Below, piece after piece: positions 9,073-19,151 of a DNA stretch of 64,000 nt (within the stretch, counting starts at the first letter, position 1; every line of letters begins with the position of its first letter). The notes beneath the pieces are model-generated. The model was not told where the DNA came from and searched no databases. It worked only from the letters and a program-made list of their open reading frames with translations. A program made the translations under genes and the position numbers. Source of the stretch: Planctomycetota bacterium (lineage in GTDB: Bacteria; Planctomycetota; GCA-002687715; DRQF01); the NCBI GenBank assembly GCA_027001995.1, contig JALTLO010000177.1:39814-103813 (forward strand), given 5' to 3'.

Positions 9073-10848
9073 TCAAGCCTGAGCCGAGGACTCAATCTCC
9101 GTGTTAAGCCTCTGGATTGTGGCGACGATCTCTTTCAATTCCAGTTCTTCTTCTCTCATACGGCCAAGGGCTGTGGATTCAGCTTTGGTCAATTGGGTTG
9201 TGAGCTGGTCAAGGAATGAGTCTTTCCATTCGCTGGAATTCAGAAATCGGCGACACCGGGATACGACTTTCTTGTAGGCGGCGGCTCTCAACAAGGCGAT
9301 GTAAATAACATAAATCATGAGCACGAATGCTGCGGAAACCATGAGGTGAACAGCGCCGGACATGCGGACCAAACGGAACGCAAGCCTGCCTGACAAGGTA
9401 CTCAGCCCCCTGGTGGGTCTCAGGATCTCTTCTGCCAGAGGCTGCACCAAGGGAAACCAAAGCAAAGGGGCCCATACCAACATGCGGCGCTTCCATCGTG
9501 AAAGGGTGCTGGTCTTTTTGCTCGTGCCTTGTAGGGCCCCCAAACCTTCTTGAATACGGAGAACACATTCGTTCTCAACCTCGACTAAGCGACTTTCAAT
9601 GGCAAGCTGGTCTTGCTCTCGGTTTCGGTTTAGAAGAGGAGTGGGAGCCCGGCTGGCCAAGCGCCGCCTTTCTTTCTCCATGGCGAGCATGCCCTGAAGG
9701 AGTCGTGGGAAAGGGCGATTCTTGATCTTTGATTCTTGATCCTGGGGCAGGAGGAGTTTCGCGCTGTTGAGAATTCGGCCTACTTGTTTCAAAGGCGATG
9801 CCAAAAGTTGTAAATGGGGTAGAAGCGGCCATTTTTGAATCGTCTCGGCGAACAATTCAGCACCGATTTTCTGTGGTGCGCTGCTTGACTGCAGACGGTT
9901 CAACATTTCGTCGTGGATAGGAGGCTCTTCGGTCAGGCACTTCAATTTCTCACGGACCAAGTCTATTTCAGTTGACAGTTCTTCTTGTCGCTTTTCAAAG
10001 TTAATGCTCTTGTTGATGTGCTCAACACGACGTTGAAGAGAGCTCAAACGATCAGATGACTTGATGTTTCGGATTTCTTGCAGACTGCGTTCCTTGGCGA
10101 TGTAATCAAAGAACTCAGCGAATTGGTTTCCAGGAATCTGGGCATGGGGATTCTTCGCCGAGCAGGTGAAGAATTGAGCTGCATTGACATTCGTTTCGGC
10201 CTTTGAAAGCGTCTTCTCGACGGCATGTCTGAAATTCTGGAGAAGTTTTTCTGCTCCCAAATGCGGATCGTCTTCGCGTACACGGTCAATCTTGTTGAGT
10301 AGAAAGACTGCGTTATTGAGGTTTCTCGTTGCTCCATGCCGGGCCAGCCATTCGTGAAAAATACGGTCATTGTATTTTAGATCGGAAGTCACCCATACAA
10401 TGAGATCGAGTCCTTGTAAGGCCCGATGCACCACTGCGGCGTGCTCCGGCTTGGATCCATCCATGTCAGGAAGATCAAAAATGATGATGGATTTGAGCTG
10501 CTGGACCTCATGCAGTCCTTTGAATTCATCTAAGTCATTCTTGACAAAATTGAACTTTGGCAAGAGTGCTGCGTGGTCCTGGTGAAGGTAAGGAATGACT
10601 CGTGAAGTCGTTGGGCGACGAACGGATGTTTTCGAGATGTGCTTGCCTGCCAGGGCATTGACGATTGTGCTTTTGCCCACGCCGGTGCCCCCGACCAAGC
10701 CAAGGGTGAGAATGTCTTCTGGGATTCCATCTCTGTTTCTAAAAGGCAAATCCAAAGGACTAAATGCAAGGGTTGACTGGCCCTTCAAACTGGATTCTAA
10801 GGAGTCCAGCCTTTCTTCGCAGGCCAGGAGATCTTGGTAGGTGCTCAT
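9073..10848 (-). CDS. Dynamin-like/YfjP-type GTPase with C-terminal hydrophobic helices
   Basis: G1 GGTGVGKST, G2 RRPTT, G3 DLPD, G4 NKID. Coiled-coil stalk and two hydrophobic segments near the C-terminus. Confidence 0.85.
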   Translation of the reverse strand: MSTYQDLLACEERLDSLESSLKGQSTLAFSPLDLPFRNRDGIPEDILTLGLVGGTGVGKSTIVNALAGKHISKTSVRRPTTSRVIPYLHQDHAALLPKFNFVKNDLDEFKGLHEVQQLKSIIIFDLPDMDGSKPEHAAVVHRALQGLDLIVWVTSDLKYNDRIFHEWLARHGATRNLNNAVFLLNKIDRVREDDPHLGAEKLLQNFRHAVEKTLSKAETNVNAAQFFTCSAKNPHAQIPGNQFAEFFDYIAKERSLQEIRNIKSSDRLSSLQRRVEHINKSINFEKRQEELSTEIDLVREKLKCLTEEPPIHDEMLNRLQSSSAPQKIGAELFAETIQKWPLLPHLQLLASPLKQVGRILNSAKLLLPQDQESKIKNRPFPRLLQGMLAMEKERRRLASRAPTPLLNRNREQDQLAIESRLVEVENECVLRIQEGLGALQGTSKKTSTLSRWKRRMLVWAPLLWFPLVQPLAEEILRPTRGLSTLSGRLAFRLVRMSGAVHLMVSAAFVLMIYVIYIALLRAAAYKKVVSRCRRFLNSSEWKDSFLDQLTTQLTKAESTALGRMREEELELKEIVATIQRLNTEIESSAQA

Positions 10849-12512
10849 GAATTCGATCTTCCTGCGCCGGGTTTGAAAGCAGTTCCTATCTCGTTGAGGG
10901 CTTGCGTGGTTGCCCTTGAAGTCCCCATGGCGTTGAGCTCGTTTTCATAGCGTTGGTTTTGCCATGCGATGGTCTCGTCCATGATCTCGCGGAATTCTTC
11001 CTTTGCACGACGGTATTCTTGGGTCATTGCATTGGTGAAACTGGGAAGTCCGATGACGCGAAGTAACTCCCATACTATGGCGGGAACGACGGCGAGGGTG
11101 AGGCCAAGTGTGAGCAAGTGAAGGACCTTATCAACAGCCCAAAGGCGTAGTGTTCCTATAGGGCCAGATTGGTGTGCGGTTTTTTCGAGACGGGCGGTTT
11201 CCAGGCATTTCTTGCCAAACTCATTGAGATGAGTTGCGAGCTTTTGGAATCTCTGAAAGACCTCTTTCTGACTCAACTCTATTTCATTGGGCCCTGCCAA
11301 GTTGGCCAATAGCAAACGTCCCACCTCATGTCTTTGCATGGTTTCTCTGGCCCGGATCTGGGAACTTTCAAATAGATCCCATGCTTGGTTCTTGACTGTC
11401 TTGTCCAAAGCGCAATTCTCTGGCGGATCTAATATGGGTTCTTTGCGGGGGGTGAGAATGCTACGGGGTTGAGTGACGATCGTGCGAATCCCTTTGATGA
11501 CGCTGCGAGGTGAGTAGCGTAGCCAAAATTTCCTGACCTCTTCGTTGTATTCCAGGTTTCTGAGGGCCTGGTCAGTTTCGAGTTCCATGGCCGAAGGGAT
11601 TGTTCTTGAGAGATCTTCTCGCAAACGATCTATAGAAGATGCCCATGCGTTGACTGCTGGTAGAATATCGTGGTGAAGACCAAAAACGATGGGGTCGAGA
11701 TTCTCTCGGTTTCGCAGTTTCGTAAGCTTAATTTTGTCTCTTATGGTCTGGATGTCGTCCAGGTCTGCGAGAGAGCCGGTGTCGTTCTCATCGATGTAGA
11801 AAGTGACAAGTGGTTTTATCTCCAAAGTTGCGATCTCAGACTCAAAAGACTCTTGGAGGCTTTCGTCGTTGGTGGGAATGCGATTGAGGACAGCGATGAC
11901 TGGCACGGCGAGATCGCCATAGTTCTTAAATTCGTCGACGGTGCTTTGGTCCGCATATTTCTCAGTGCTGGTGACAAACAAGATGACATCTGCCCAAGGT
12001 ACGATGCGTCTTGTTACTTCTTGATTCCGGTGTGCGACTGTGTCGAAATCTGGGCAATCGACGAGGACCACGGGTGACTCCGTGATTCCAGGAAGGAAAC
12101 GGACGGCACCAGTATCTCCGGCGGTCTTGGTGGTTTCTTGACCTGCACGGGGCAGGGTGGGAAAGAGTGCAGTTTCTTGATTGAAATGTATTCTTGCTGG
12201 GAGAGCACAAATGGCGCCCTTTGTGGCCGGTCGTTCGATGCTGGAGGTGTGAGAAATGGCATTTCCGACGATGGCATTGAAAAGGGTGGATTTGCCACTG
12301 CCTGAAGGTCCAACAAGGACAGCAATGATCGTATTGTCGTCATTGATTTTGCGATGGATCAGAAACAAGGCAGCGTGAACCCGTTCTTTGAGTTGGGCTA
12401 ACTGACTGGCTAATCCCGGGGCGCGGGGAACACGCACTTGCTCTAGAAGAGCCAGGAGCTGCTCCAGAAACTCCTCTGGATCCTCATGGTAGTTTTTTTG
12501 GGTTTCTGTCAT
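10845..12512 (-). CDS. Dynamin-like GTPase (partner of the downstream GTPase)
   Basis: G1 GPSGSGKST, G2 ERPAT, G3 DCPD, KYAD, degenerate G4 NRIP, hydrophobic paddle near the C-terminus. Start ATG 12512 lies in an ATGA overlap with the upstream stop. Confidence 0.85.
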   Translation of the reverse strand: MTETQKNYHEDPEEFLEQLLALLEQVRVPRAPGLASQLAQLKERVHAALFLIHRKINDDNTIIAVLVGPSGSGKSTLFNAIVGNAISHTSSIERPATKGAICALPARIHFNQETALFPTLPRAGQETTKTAGDTGAVRFLPGITESPVVLVDCPDFDTVAHRNQEVTRRIVPWADVILFVTSTEKYADQSTVDEFKNYGDLAVPVIAVLNRIPTNDESLQESFESEIATLEIKPLVTFYIDENDTGSLADLDDIQTIRDKIKLTKLRNRENLDPIVFGLHHDILPAVNAWASSIDRLREDLSRTIPSAMELETDQALRNLEYNEEVRKFWLRYSPRSVIKGIRTIVTQPRSILTPRKEPILDPPENCALDKTVKNQAWDLFESSQIRARETMQRHEVGRLLLANLAGPNEIELSQKEVFQRFQKLATHLNEFGKKCLETARLEKTAHQSGPIGTLRLWAVDKVLHLLTLGLTLAVVPAIVWELLRVIGLPSFTNAMTQEYRRAKEEFREIMDETIAWQNQRYENELNAMGTSRATTQALNEIGTAFKPGAGRSNS

Positions 12513-13165
12513 TCCATGAGCCAACGATATGATCTTTGGGTACCTTGGGGCTTCTTTGCAAAGGGATAACTATGTCCTTCTTCTGGTAATGCCAGATGGG
12601 CAGGGGGAGGTTTCTCTATTCCTGAGTAGTGTGTCTTTGTACTCGACTCATTGTTCCAAGCTCGGAGGGAACCTCGATAGTCCATGACAAAAACACGTCT
12701 TCCTGAAGAACCGTAGCTCCGGGGCCAGGCGTATCCAATCCAGAAATCTGGATTGACGTCAGAGTCCTTGATTTGGCCTTCTTGGATGGGGAATCCCAGC
12801 TTGTCAACCAAGTAGACGGCGAAGCAGTAGTTCGAGTTGGCAAAGACGTGGCCTTTGTGATCGGATGTCTCCAAGAAGAGGCGCAATTCATTTCCGATGT
12901 CGGCATAGCGCGAACGGTTGTCTCCCAAGCCCATGAGCTCATCGAATGTTCCAAATCGTGACAGTCCAGTTCGTTTCGTTTCTTCGCGGAATTCATCTTG
13001 TGCGCTGGCAATGGCCCGTAGAATCTCGCATGCCTTAGATTCGTTTATTATGAGTTCATCGCTCGATCGCCAAGCACGCCAAAAGAAGGAAATGCCACAA
13101 CCAAGAACAACAATGGCAAGTAGTTCCAGGTAAATGTGTCCTGCGTTTCTTTGATCGTGCTTCAT
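12509..13165 (-). CDS. Type IV pilin/pseudopilin-like protein with a DUF2950-like C-terminal motif
   Basis: Class III signal-like RNAG|HIYLELL with Glu at +5. INESKACEILRAIASAQ resembles the pilin NE..A...LR.I..AQ helix. YAWPRSYGSSGRRVF motif. Confidence 0.65.
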   Translation of the reverse strand: MKHDQRNAGHIYLELLAIVVLGCGISFFWRAWRSSDELIINESKACEILRAIASAQDEFREETKRTGLSRFGTFDELMGLGDNRSRYADIGNELRLFLETSDHKGHVFANSNYCFAVYLVDKLGFPIQEGQIKDSDVNPDFWIGYAWPRSYGSSGRRVFVMDYRGSLRAWNNESSTKTHYSGIEKPPPAHLALPEEGHSYPFAKKPQGTQRSYRWLME

Positions 13166-13376
13166 GGGAAAAGCGTAACTCAGTTGTCCTTTGATTTGAC
13201 GTTGCGAATAAGCCCCGCGAGGCTTACTCGGTCGACGAATGGATATTTCGGAATCGACTGATAGATTTTCGCATGAGATGGTCAGGGGTCAACCCCAACA
13301 GGGACCCAAATTATTCTGTTTGGGGAAAGGACGACCCTTCCTTTTCAATCCATGGCCCTCAAGCTATCCTTAGCCT

Positions 13377-14636
13377 ATGAATGAGAATTTCGAGCAAGCC
13401 AGAAGAATTGTCCAAGAATTGAAGGCAGGAGGCCACGAAGCTTTTTTTGCCGGGGGTTGCGTCCGTGATTACCTCTTAGGAGTCGATCCGAAAGACTATG
13501 ATATTGCCACGTCCGCCAAGCCAGATCAGGTAGAAGGGCTGTTTTCCAATACCATTGGCGTTGGCAAGCAATTTGGCGTGATTATTGTCTGTCGAAAGGG
13601 CCGCAGTTTCGATGTCGCCACATTTCGAGCTGATGGCAACTATGGCGATGGAAGACGGCCAGATCAGATCTCCTTTTCAAGCGCCAAGGAAGATGTGCTT
13701 CGCCGGGATTTGACCATCAACGGGCTCTTGATGGATCCGGAATCGATGGAAGTGGTCGACTATGTCGGCGGCAAGGACGATCTTGAGGCAGGGATTATTC
13801 GCACCATCGGTGATCCTCTGCTCCGATTTGGGGAAGATCACTTGCGAATTTTGCGGGCTCTCAGATTCGCTTGTCGTTTCGGATTTCAGATCGAGTCGGA
13901 GACGAAGGGGGCGATCCAGCGCTTGGCAGATAAGGCAGCCAACCCCAGCGCTGAAAGAACGTTTGCTGAGTTAGACCGCATGTTGACGGAGAGGGCGCCT
14001 CATCATGCCTTGGAGTTAATGGATAGCTTGGGAGTCTTGCCTGTTGTCTTGCCCGAAGTTGCCAAAATCTGGGGCGAGGTTCTTGAAGATCGTCTCAATC
14101 CGAAACCGAACACCGCCTTGACTTATCGGGATCGGACGAAGTTGATCTTCGCTCGTTTAGGCGGATCGATTTCGTCTGCTTTGGCCTGGTCCATTTTACT
14201 TGGGGATTTGGGATTTACTTCACCAGTGGTAAGGGGAAAACGGGCGGCTCAAGTTCTCAAAGGCTTGCGGGCAGCGAATGGCCTGATCAAAAAATGTCAG
14301 TTTCTTGTGACCCACAGAGATCGGTTGCTTTTTGCCTGCCGTATTTCTCAAGGGAGGCAACGTTTGCTCCTGGCACATCCTGATTTGGAGTTGATTCACG
14401 CATTCACCTCTTGCCAGTGTGGCGCTTCCAATCCCGCTGCTGTCATGGAAAGGAACTTTCCCCAAGATGGCGTGCCTCTACCTTGCCCTCACTTGAATGG
14501 TAAAGACTTGATGGCTTTGGGTGTTCCTAAAGGACGTATCATGGGCCGGGTGCTTAAGAAGTTGCGTTTTCTTCAACTCCAAGGCCGAATCCTGGATCGG
14601 GAGCAAGCGATCACTTGGGTCCGTGGCACTTTCTAA
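13377..14636 (+). CDS. cca: CCA tRNA nucleotidyltransferase (class II nucleotidyltransferase family)
   Basis: GGCVRD, DYDIAT, EDVLRRDLTINGL, EDHLRILRALRF motifs. Confidence 0.88.
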   Translation: MNENFEQARRIVQELKAGGHEAFFAGGCVRDYLLGVDPKDYDIATSAKPDQVEGLFSNTIGVGKQFGVIIVCRKGRSFDVATFRADGNYGDGRRPDQISFSSAKEDVLRRDLTINGLLMDPESMEVVDYVGGKDDLEAGIIRTIGDPLLRFGEDHLRILRALRFACRFGFQIESETKGAIQRLADKAANPSAERTFAELDRMLTERAPHHALELMDSLGVLPVVLPEVAKIWGEVLEDRLNPKPNTALTYRDRTKLIFARLGGSISSALAWSILLGDLGFTSPVVRGKRAAQVLKGLRAANGLIKKCQFLVTHRDRLLFACRISQGRQRLLLAHPDLELIHAFTSCQCGASNPAAVMERNFPQDGVPLPCPHLNGKDLMALGVPKGRIMGRVLKKLRFLQLQGRILDREQAITWVRGTF

Positions 14637-14809
14637 TTTCAGCATTTTTTCCGCAGCAGTGACGGACGCAAGTGCACTCTTCGGACACAGTTGCACCTGC
14701 TTCGATTTCTTATGCAGTCACTGAAGGAATGATTCATTCAAGTTGTTTAGCCATGTGGCCGATTTGGGGGATGCGGTGATCATGTCCCACGCGTTTTTCT
14801 TGGGGTTAG

Positions 14810-15265
14810 ATGACTGAGATGACTTTTGCCAAAATGTCACACGATAACGATCCAATTGATGCATTCGAGCGGAAACGCCGGATGCAAGAAGGTGATGCGC
14901 CTTCGCTTGAACCGATGGATGCCTCGGGTATTGACGACATGCTCGATGCTCTCGACCGCGTCTTGTCTGCGGAAGAAACGCAGGTCAACGTCGATGCAAC
15001 AGAACCCGCGCCCATCGTTGAAACGGTTGTCGCCATTTTGCACGACCTCCAAGACAACTGCGAACGCCTTTCGGTGGCTGCTGCCCGGGAAGGTGATGTT
15101 CTGAGCCAAGATTTCTTGACCGTTATTCAGCCTCGATTGCAATTCTTGATCAAACGAGCAGAAGATATGCCTTTGCCTGCTGCGGGGGCCATCGAAGTTG
15201 AGCTAGACTACGAGGCACTTCATGCCTTCATGCTTGACCCGGACATCGATCGCTTGGCATCTTAG
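14810..15265 (+). CDS. Acidic hypothetical protein
   Basis: 151 aa ORF filling the gap between cca and a convergent gene. Start uncertain. Confidence 0.65.
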   Translation: MTEMTFAKMSHDNDPIDAFERKRRMQEGDAPSLEPMDASGIDDMLDALDRVLSAEETQVNVDATEPAPIVETVVAILHDLQDNCERLSVAAAREGDVLSQDFLTVIQPRLQFLIKRAEDMPLPAAGAIEVELDYEALHAFMLDPDIDRLAS

Positions 15266-15297
15266 GCCGACTCCAACTCAGTCACGACATTGGCGCT

Positions 15298-16182
15298 CTA
15301 TGAGGTCTTTTGGGACAAAGCCCAGGCGGACAAACGGAGCAGAGCGTAGCAGCCAAGAGAGAGCCCTGCTAGTTGGTTTTGTCCCCAGGCGAAAGCCCAG
15401 ACCGCGTCATAAAGTGGAAGTGCGAAAATAACATTGCGCACGATAAGCCCTGCCGCTGGGTTTGGTTTATGACATGGCCAAAGGATGAACACAGTCAAGC
15501 ACAATGAGAGAATCCCTGTCGTCAGGAAGTCTGTTCCGCGAGCCAAAAGGGGAGTGAGCAAAGTCAGGGCCAAAATGACGATGAGAGGTCGGATTGATGT
15601 ATCCTCTTCCTCGTCGGATTCAAAATTTGAGATGGCCGTGATGGTGGTGATCAGCAAGAGATAGGACAGTGGCACCAACAGCGCTGACCACCTGAAGACG
15701 GACTCCCACTCCTTTCCCAAGGTCGATCCCAAGACTGTGCCAATGAGGACACAGGTGAAACGGCACATGCCCATGGCGCCACTGGCCGCCACAGGCCAAG
15801 GTTTTAAGGCAGCATCATAGAGCACGACAAGCATACATAGGACTATGCCCACAAGGATAAGCGACGGGGCCGCCAGGCCCAGGGAAACCAGGCCTCCTAT
15901 CAGGAAGAAGGTGGCGACAAGCTGAGCGGTTCTGACCGTAACGCGGCCTTGGGGTAGAACTCTATCTGGATGCTCTATTTGGTCCTTCTCGACGTCGACA
16001 ATGTCATTCAGGCACATGCCAAAAGCATAGAGGAGCATGGCCCCTAAACTAGCCAGTAGGAGGCGGCCATCTATCTTGAGGGTTGGATCCCATGACTTAG
16101 CCACAGCGAAACCCAAGATGACGTTGGACGCCGCCGTGAAGCTGTTTGGCAGACGCATCATCTGCAGAATGGCTATGAGCAT
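15298..16182 (-). CDS. UbiA-family prenyltransferase (EboC/DGGGPS-like)
   Basis: MRLPNSFTA, GMCLNDIVDVEKD…HPDRVLPQG (NDxxDxxxD), YD motif, multiple TM helices. Confidence 0.88.
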   Translation of the reverse strand: MLIAILQMMRLPNSFTAASNVILGFAVAKSWDPTLKIDGRLLLASLGAMLLYAFGMCLNDIVDVEKDQIEHPDRVLPQGRVTVRTAQLVATFFLIGGLVSLGLAAPSLILVGIVLCMLVVLYDAALKPWPVAASGAMGMCRFTCVLIGTVLGSTLGKEWESVFRWSALLVPLSYLLLITTITAISNFESDEEEDTSIRPLIVILALTLLTPLLARGTDFLTTGILSLCLTVFILWPCHKPNPAAGLIVRNVIFALPLYDAVWAFAWGQNQLAGLSLGCYALLRLSAWALSQKTS

Positions 16183-16185
16183 CGA

Positions 16186-18009
16186 CTAATTCTTAAAGAA
16201 GAACCGAACGATATCTTGGTAAGTCACAAAGACCATCAGGCCCAGAATGAAAACTAATCCAAGCACGTTGGCGTAGCCCATAATGCGTTCGCTGAGTGGT
16301 CCCCCTTTGATCTTCTCCATGGCCAAGAACATCAAGTGTCCTCCATCTAAGACCGGGATGGGCAAGATGTTGAGGATAGCTAAGTTGAGGCTCAGTATGG
16401 CCATGAAGAACAGGATCTTTCCTAAGCCTTGCTCAACGAAGGTATAACTCACCACGGCAATAGTAATGATGCCGCCCATGTTCTTAGCCGCGACTTTGCC
16501 CGCTATCAGGGATTTCAACGTCATGAGGATAGATTTAAATTGACTGATTGCTTGGCTGAAACCGGCGGTCATGCTTTGGGGGAATGACAATTGGACCCGT
16601 TCTTGAAGGGGCCGGAGTTTGAGCTTCTTCAGTAGGGTGTTCACCATGGATGGGGCTGCTTTGATGGGGAAGGTTAATTCTTCGCCACCACGATTAACGA
16701 TGATGGTTTCGCTTTTGCCTTTTGCAGCCTCTTTGAGCTCGGTGAATTGCTTCCAGCCGTCCATGCCTTTCTTAAGCTTCTTACCGGCGTAAGAAATCAA
16801 TATGTCGCCATTCTTGAGGCCTGATATGTCGGCTTGGCTTCCTGGGAAGACGCTGACCTGAATGCCGTCGTTGAATTCTAATTGGAATGAGCTCAGGAAT
16901 GATGCGGGGTCCCCGTCCCATTTGTCCGTTTGCAAGAGCATCTCATCGCCATCACGTTGGATAAGGACGGACAGATTTTTTTGCCCAGACATGGCGAAGA
17001 TGCGCTTCTGGATGCCGTTGAGGTCGCTGATATCTTCCCCGGCAATCTTCAGAATGACGTCGTTCTTCATCAAGCCGAGGGCCTGGGCGGCGCTGGGGCT
17101 GTTGTCTTTTGTTGGGCGCAAATCTGCTACCCGCGTGCGCAAGGTGCCAACGCCAATGCTCAAGGTGTCATCGTTGATTTTTTCGAATGTTGCAGGGACG
17201 GAAACGACCTTCGTTGTCTCGCTTCCAGGCTCACGGACAGTCAGAGACATGAGCTCGCCTTCACGAAAGGCTCCTGGCCCCATGGATAAACCGGCGGTCA
17301 CGGGAACACCTTGGACAGCCACCAACTCCATTCCAGGTTCGATACCAGGGGGTAACTCTTCAGCCTTATCATCGAAGAAATACGTCTTGCTGCCGTACAT
17401 GCCAATGAGATGGAGACCCTGGTTTTCGTCATACCTGGGTTCGACGGTCTTCGTGATTTCCTTGCCGTTTCGGATCAGAGTGAACGTCTTCTCGTCGTCG
17501 CTAAAGGCTACGGACGTGCGAATATCGGTAAAAGATATGACATCGGAGTCATCGATCTTTGCTACCCGATCTCCAGGTAAGATGCCCGCCTCCCAAGCGG
17601 CACTTCCAGGTGCTACAGACCCGACCACGGGTGCCTCAAATGGGACCCCGATGGTGAATGCCAGGGGAAATGCAATGATGGCAAAGAAGATATTCATGAT
17701 GACCCCGGCCGAAACGACCCAGGCTCTTTGACTAATGGTCTTGCCGAAGAACTCTTCGCCAGTGCTTTCGTCCCCTTCTTCTTTGAACTCTCCCGCCATC
17801 TTCACGTAGCCGCCCAAAGGGATGAGGCTGAGCTTGTAGGTGGTGTCGCCCCGCGTGAAGCCCCAGATTGTTGGTCCAAAACCCAAAGAGAATGCTTCGA
17901 CGCGAATGCCGACTTTCTTGGCCACCAAGAAATGGCCAAGTTCGTGAACGAAGATGAGGATGCCAATCGCTAAGACGACAACGCCTCCCTGTACAATGCT
18001 TAGTAGCAA
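16186..18009 (-). CDS. rseP: RIP metalloprotease RseP (M50B) with several PDZ domains
   Basis: HELGH, IPLGGYVKMAGE, NILPIPVLDGGH. Lies directly downstream of dxr. Confidence 0.93.
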   Translation of the reverse strand: MLLSIVQGGVVVLAIGILIFVHELGHFLVAKKVGIRVEAFSLGFGPTIWGFTRGDTTYKLSLIPLGGYVKMAGEFKEEGDESTGEEFFGKTISQRAWVVSAGVIMNIFFAIIAFPLAFTIGVPFEAPVVGSVAPGSAAWEAGILPGDRVAKIDDSDVISFTDIRTSVAFSDDEKTFTLIRNGKEITKTVEPRYDENQGLHLIGMYGSKTYFFDDKAEELPPGIEPGMELVAVQGVPVTAGLSMGPGAFREGELMSLTVREPGSETTKVVSVPATFEKINDDTLSIGVGTLRTRVADLRPTKDNSPSAAQALGLMKNDVILKIAGEDISDLNGIQKRIFAMSGQKNLSVLIQRDGDEMLLQTDKWDGDPASFLSSFQLEFNDGIQVSVFPGSQADISGLKNGDILISYAGKKLKKGMDGWKQFTELKEAAKGKSETIIVNRGGEELTFPIKAAPSMVNTLLKKLKLRPLQERVQLSFPQSMTAGFSQAISQFKSILMTLKSLIAGKVAAKNMGGIITIAVVSYTFVEQGLGKILFFMAILSLNLAILNILPIPVLDGGHLMFLAMEKIKGGPLSERIMGYANVLGLVFILGLMVFVTYQDIVRFFFKN

Positions 18010-19151
18010 CGCGCAATCTCCTGTCTAGCCCAAGCATCGGCCTCGAGAATTTCTTCGAGGTTTGGTTCTTGCTTAGGTGTGTGTCTTTCCATCACTTGGG
18101 CGACGGAATCAAAAATTTGTTGGAAACCGATTTTGCCCGCCATGAAACCAGCGACGGCTTCTTCGTTAGCGGCGTTCAGGACTGAGCCATAGGTGCCGCC
18201 TTGTTCGGCAGCAAAGAAACCTAAGGAAAGGGAAGTGAACTTCTCTAAATCGGGGGTATAGAAATTCAGGTTGTTGAACAATTCTGGGGAATAAGTTTCG
18301 ACAGTGCCCGTCAATCGGTCTGGATAGGTCATGGCATACTGAATCGGTATTTTCATGCTCGGTGCTCCCATTTGGGAGATGACAGATCCGTCTTTCCAAA
18401 GCACCATGGAATGCACGATGGACTGGGGATGAACAACCACATCGATTTGTTCTCTTGGAACATCAAACAGCCAACGGGCCTCAATGATCTCCAATGCTTT
18501 GTTGAACATGGTTGCCGAATCGATGGTGATTTTTGGCCCCATGGTCCAGGTGGGGTGTTTGAGGGCCCGCTCCAAAGTAACGTGAGCGAAGTCTTCTTTG
18601 GGTAGTTGACGAAAAGGACCCCCGGAGGCCGTTAGGATCAGCTTGCCAACGTCCTTGGCTTGACCACTTAAGAGGCATTGGAACAGGGCGCTGTGCTCGC
18701 TGTCCACGGGGATGATCTCTGTTTGTTTCTTTTTGGCCATGGCGTTGAGCAAAGGGCCAGCCATGACCATGGATTCTTTGTTGGCCAAGCCCAAACGGTG
18801 TCCTGCACTAAGTGCGCCCAGACTCACAGGAAGTCCTTGGGCCCCGGTGATACCGGAGATGACAATACCGATGTCTGGGCGACTGGCGGCTTCTTGCAAT
18901 CCTTCAGGCCCCGCCAGGATCTCGAACTCGTTCTGATTTGCTCCCAAGGCCTCTTTGAGTCCCGTTTCCGATTCGAGGCGGCCAACCACCAAGATTTGCG
19001 GGCGGAACTCCAGGGCTTGTTTTGCCAGCTCTTCAACGCTGGTGCCCGCTGCCAAGATCGTGATCTGGAAGAGTCCTTGGTGAGAGCGGACAATGTCCAA
19101 TGTACTCTGGCCGATTGAGCCAGTTGATCCGAATACAGCGATCTTCTTCAT
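18000..19151 (-). CDS. dxr: 1-deoxy-D-xylulose-5-phosphate reductoisomerase
   Basis: GSTGSIG, LANKES, PVDSEHSA, TASGGPF, HPTWTMGPKITIDSAT. True start MKKIAVFG at 19151; the track ORF is extended upstream. Confidence 0.97.
   Translation of the reverse strand: MKKIAVFGSTGSIGQSTLDIVRSHQGLFQITILAAGTSVEELAKQALEFRPQILVVGRLESETGLKEALGANQNEFEILAGPEGLQEAASRPDIGIVISGITGAQGLPVSLGALSAGHRLGLANKESMVMAGPLLNAMAKKKQTEIIPVDSEHSALFQCLLSGQAKDVGKLILTASGGPFRQLPKEDFAHVTLERALKHPTWTMGPKITIDSATMFNKALEIIEARWLFDVPREQIDVVVHPQSIVHSMVLWKDGSVISQMGAPSMKIPIQYAMTYPDRLTGTVETYSPELFNNLNFYTPDLEKFTSLSLGFFAAEQGGTYGSVLNAANEEAVAGFMAGKIGFQQIFDSVAQVMERHTPKQEPNLEEILEADAWARQEIARCY

Noticed and set aside
16862..17731. 289 aa ORF antisense to rseP
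   Set aside because: It lies entirely opposite a well-supported gene, is Ser/Pro/Thr-rich and has no motifs. This is a typical shadow ORF.
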